Source: Chiloscyllium plagiosum (lineage: Eukaryota). Taken from it: DNA of 37,826 nt. The notes beneath the pieces are model-generated. The model saw only the letters and a list, made by a program, of their open reading frames with translations. It made no database searches and was not told the DNA's origin. The position numbers and the translations under genes were made by a program. Positions 34,867 to 37,826 of the stretch are shown here, piece after piece. The DNA lies in assembly GCF_004010195.1 (NCBI RefSeq), contig NC_057719.1, positions 43,227,789 through 43,265,614 of the forward strand. Direction: 5' to 3'. Within the stretch, counting starts at the first letter, position 1, and the number at the start of each line of letters is the position of its first letter.

Positions 34867-35110
34867 CATGATTTGGAGATGCCGGTGTTGGACTGGGGTG
34901 TACAAAGTTAAAAATCACGCAACACCAGGTTATAGTCCAACAGGTTTAATTGAAAGCACACTAGCTTTCAGAGCGTCACTCCTTCATCAGGTGGTAGTGG
35001 AGGGCTCAATCCTAACACACAGAATGATGAAGGAGCGACACTCTGAAAGCTAGTGTGCTTCTAATTAAATCTGTTGGACTATAACCTGGTGTTGTGTGAT
35101 TTTTAACTTT
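34867..35110. mobile_element. Fold-back PLE terminal-repeat insertion (family B) with two opposed hammerhead motifs
   Basis: 86-bp inverted arms 34904-34989 / 35025-35110; exact 14-bp TSD TTATCCATAATAAG at 34853-34866 and 35109-35122. Confidence 0.88.
34959..34993 (-). ncRNA. Minimal type-I hammerhead ribozyme motif with intact core
   Basis: CAC-CTGATGA-A-GGAGT gac GCTCT-GAAAGCTA-GTG: stem I CAC/GTG, stem II with G-U pairs, palindromic AGCT in place of stem III, predicted cleavage after CUA. Confidence 0.75.
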
Positions 35111-35129
35111 ATCCATAATAAGAATTGCC

Positions 35130-35580
35130 TTTTTGTTGCTATAAGAAGCATGTTATTAAACTGGAAAGGGTGTAGAAAAGATTTACAAGGATTTTGCCAA
35201 GACTAGAGGGTTTGATTTATAAGGAGAGGCTGAATATGCTGGGACTTTTTTCCCTGGAGCATCAGAGACTGAGGTGGGACCTTATCGAAGTTAAAAGAAT
35301 AATGACGGGCACAGCTAAGGTGAATAGCCAAGATCATTTCCCCTGAGTAGTGGAGTCCAAAATTAGAGGGCATAAGTTTAAGATAAGAGGGGAAATATTT
35401 AAAAGGCACCTGAGGAGCAACTTTTTCATGCAGTGCATGGTGCATATATGAAATGAATTACCAAAGGTTAGTGCCATTACAATATTTAAAAGACAGGTTC
35501 ATGAATAGGAAAGGTTTGGAGGGATTTGGGCCAAAGACAGGCAAACAGGACTAGTTCAGTTTAAGAAACCTAGATGGCAG
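35130..35580 (+). mobile_element. CR1 LINE 3' fragment
   Basis: attaaactggaaagggtgtagaaaagatttacaagg...ggacttttttccctggagcatcagagactgagg. Confidence 0.88.
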
Positions 35581-35861
35581 AAAGAGAAATGAAAATAAGT
35601 GTGTATTTTTATCCTGGAGACAAAATAACACCCAGCTATTTGAGCTCCTGATGTGTTCAATACTTACTTTTCATTGTTCCCTTTCTGCTATTTGCTGGCC
35701 ACTTTACAAAATTGATCCCTTCTGAAATTGAGTCTTTAGTTGGTCTTTTCAGCCAGTATCCACTGTATAGTGTAGTGGACCTTTGTAATTCATAGGCCAG
35801 GGAACATTCTGGGAACATAGGCATGCAGGCCTTCCATTACTGCTGACATGGAACAAACTCT

Positions 35862-36457
35862 CTTCTCACCTCCATCCAAGGCCCTAAAGGAGCCTTCCAC
35901 ATCCATCAAAGTTTTACCTGCACATCCACTAATATCATTTATTGTATCCGTTGCTCCCGATGCGGTCTCCTCTACATCGGGGAGACTGGNNNNNNNNNNN
36001 NNNNNNNNNNNNNNNNNNNNNNNNNNNNNNNNNNNNNNNNNNNNNNNNNNNNNNNNNNNNNNNNNNNNNNNNNNNNNNNNNNNNNNNNNNNNNNNNNNNN
36101 NNNNNNNNNNNNNNNNNNNNNNNNNNNNNNNNNNNNNNNNNNNNNNNNNNNNNNNNNNNNNNNNNNNNNNNNNNNNNNNNNNNNNNNNNNNCTTCCCTGA
36201 CCTATCACCTTCATCTCCTTCCCCACTGACCTATTGTACTCTATGCTACTCTCTCCCCACCCCCACCCTCCTCTAGCTTATCTCTCCATGCTTCAGGCTC
36301 TCTGCCTTTATTCCTGATGAAGGGGTTTTGCCCAAAACGTCAATTTTGCCTGTCCTCGGATTTTGCCTGTCCTCGGATGCTGCCTGAATTGCTGTGCTCT
36401 TCCAGCACCACTGATCCAGAATCTGGTTTCCAGCATCTGCAGTCATTGTTTTTACCT
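35862..36457 (+). mobile_element. Penelope-like (Neptune-type) element 3' part spanning an assembly gap
   Basis: 35865-35989 (a frame not in the ORF track) reads LTSIQGPKGAFHIHQSFTCTSTNIIYCIRCSRCGLLYIGETG (GIY-YIG). After the N gap come a C/T-rich UTR, CTGATGA-A-GGGG tttt GCCC-AAAACGTC (36314-36341) and the family A tail. Confidence 0.88.
35990..36191. other. Assembly gap (N run)
   Basis: Run of N; true length unknown. Confidence 0.99.
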
Positions 36458-37504
36458 CTCTCCATTCATCACCAATGAGGTGCACAACATTTCAGGGGGA
36501 GCTGCCCTGGCAGAGAGACTCTCTCTCTGCCCATTGCTGTTTGCTCAGCTGAGCAAACCAGAGATGCAGAGCCTAAGGAGTCACAAAACAGATAGTTGTA
36601 CCTGGGAAACCAGTGAGATATGTGGCCTACATGGCGTTTCCCAAGGCACTGTGGAATAATTGGATGAAATTAAAGGAGTCCATTTATCTCACCTCATGTA
36701 CTCCACAATGTCTCAGTGATTAACTCTTCCATAAAGTGTGCAGCATCATACAGAATAAATCCAGCAGTGGCACACTGAAACGTGCAGAATATATGCTTGA
36801 GTCTGTAACAATGATCTGTCAGCGGGGCAAACGAAGCATGGCATGGTCTCATGTGCACTGAGCTATGGCTGAGGAGGCACTATCTTCATCATCTGCCTCC
36901 ATGACTGCTCCAATGGATGAAGTATGTCTAGAATTGTGCACCGTGACACAGACTGGCCCTTCAGTGATATAGTTTTCAGAAGTAACCCTCCGGTACCTCT
37001 GTAGTGAGACCAAGTGCCATGTACATCTCAGGCTTAGACAGGCACTTGCAAGTGTTCTGCATTCAACACATTCTCAGCCGCAGAGGAAACATTTCACACA
37101 AGTAGCCACATCTCAGGCATCCACATCAAAAATCTCACGCCACTTGGGTGTGCCTGTTGTAAATAATGTGGCATGTTGTTAAACTAAGGCAGATTTTATC
37201 ATCAGGATGAAACGCAGGAGAAAGGCAAATACGGGTTAGCATAGCAATGCTTTTGTCTTTGGAAGATTGCTGAATTTTGTTCTGTACAGATGCTTGCTTT
37301 CACTCAGGTAAAGAGGAATCTTCTCTCAAAACGTTCTAAAGATTAAATAGGCTCAAGTGAAATACATTTGGATCTGACTGGTTCTAGTGTCCCTGCCATC
37401 CCCATTAAAGCTCCACCTCCTGAGCCTTTAATATCCACACCCCTCTTTGTATGGAGGCTGTTCTCCAGTCCTACCTTAACCTCATTTTCATACTTGTCTG
37501 CTTT

Positions 37505-37826
37505 ATAGAGTCATAAAGGCAAATAGCACAGAAACAGGCCTTTGAGTCCGACTTGTCCATGCTGAAAGCAAATCCTAGCAGAACTTATACATTTAATGGT
37601 AAGGTCCTAGGGACTGTTGCTGAACAAAGAGACCTTGGAGTGCAGGTTCATAGCTCCTTGAAAGTGGAATCTCAGGTAGATAGGATAGTGAAGAAGGCGT
37701 TTGGTATGCTTTCCTTTATTGGTCAGGGTATTGAGTATAGGAGTTGGGAGGTCATGTTGCGGCTGTACAGGACATTGGTTAGGCCACTGTTGGAATATTG
37801 CATGCAATTCTGGTCTCCTTCCTATC
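37505..37826 (+). mobile_element. CR1 LINE fragment running off the window, preceded by an inverted CR1 tail
   Basis: 37566-37826 encodes YTFNGKVLGTVAEQRDLGVQVH...LYRTLVRPLLEYCMQFWSP; 37505-37565 is a minus-strand tail. Confidence 0.9.

Noticed and set aside
36460..37300. Possible Harbinger remnant or exon of a downstream gene
   Set aside because: No convincing motif or open frame found by eye.

Overview
Vertebrate genomic DNA, almost certainly from a cartilaginous fish (shark), judged from HE1-type V-SINEs, CR1 LINEs sharing their 3' tail, and Deu-domain SINEs. The window holds one clear host gene, a SERTA-domain CDCA4 orthologue on the minus strand. Its single coding exon is 6518-7354, with a splice acceptor 6 nt upstream of the ATG, a predicted exon 1 and CpG-island promoter at about 11.2-11.9 kb, and an AT-rich 3' UTR ending near 5200. 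The rest is mostly decayed transposons: CR1, a CR1/L2-superclade LINE, L2, Rex/Babar-like, hAT, SINEs and Penelope-like elements (PLEs). The strongest signal not explained by the ORF track is about 10 loci with minimal type-I hammerhead ribozyme motifs (CTGA(T/C)GA-N-stem II-GAAA-CGTC or -GCTA) in 4 sequence families. Three loci lie directly downstream of GIY-YIG endonuclease remnants. The others are 85-300 bp insertions, several fold-back palindromes with 10-15 bp target-site duplications, two of them inside the CDCA4 intron. Also notable is a ~3.5 kb APE-RT LINE whose 5' end is a tRNA-derived SINE-like head with no room for an ORF1. All calls are by eye; repeat boundaries are approximate and family names are not database-verified.
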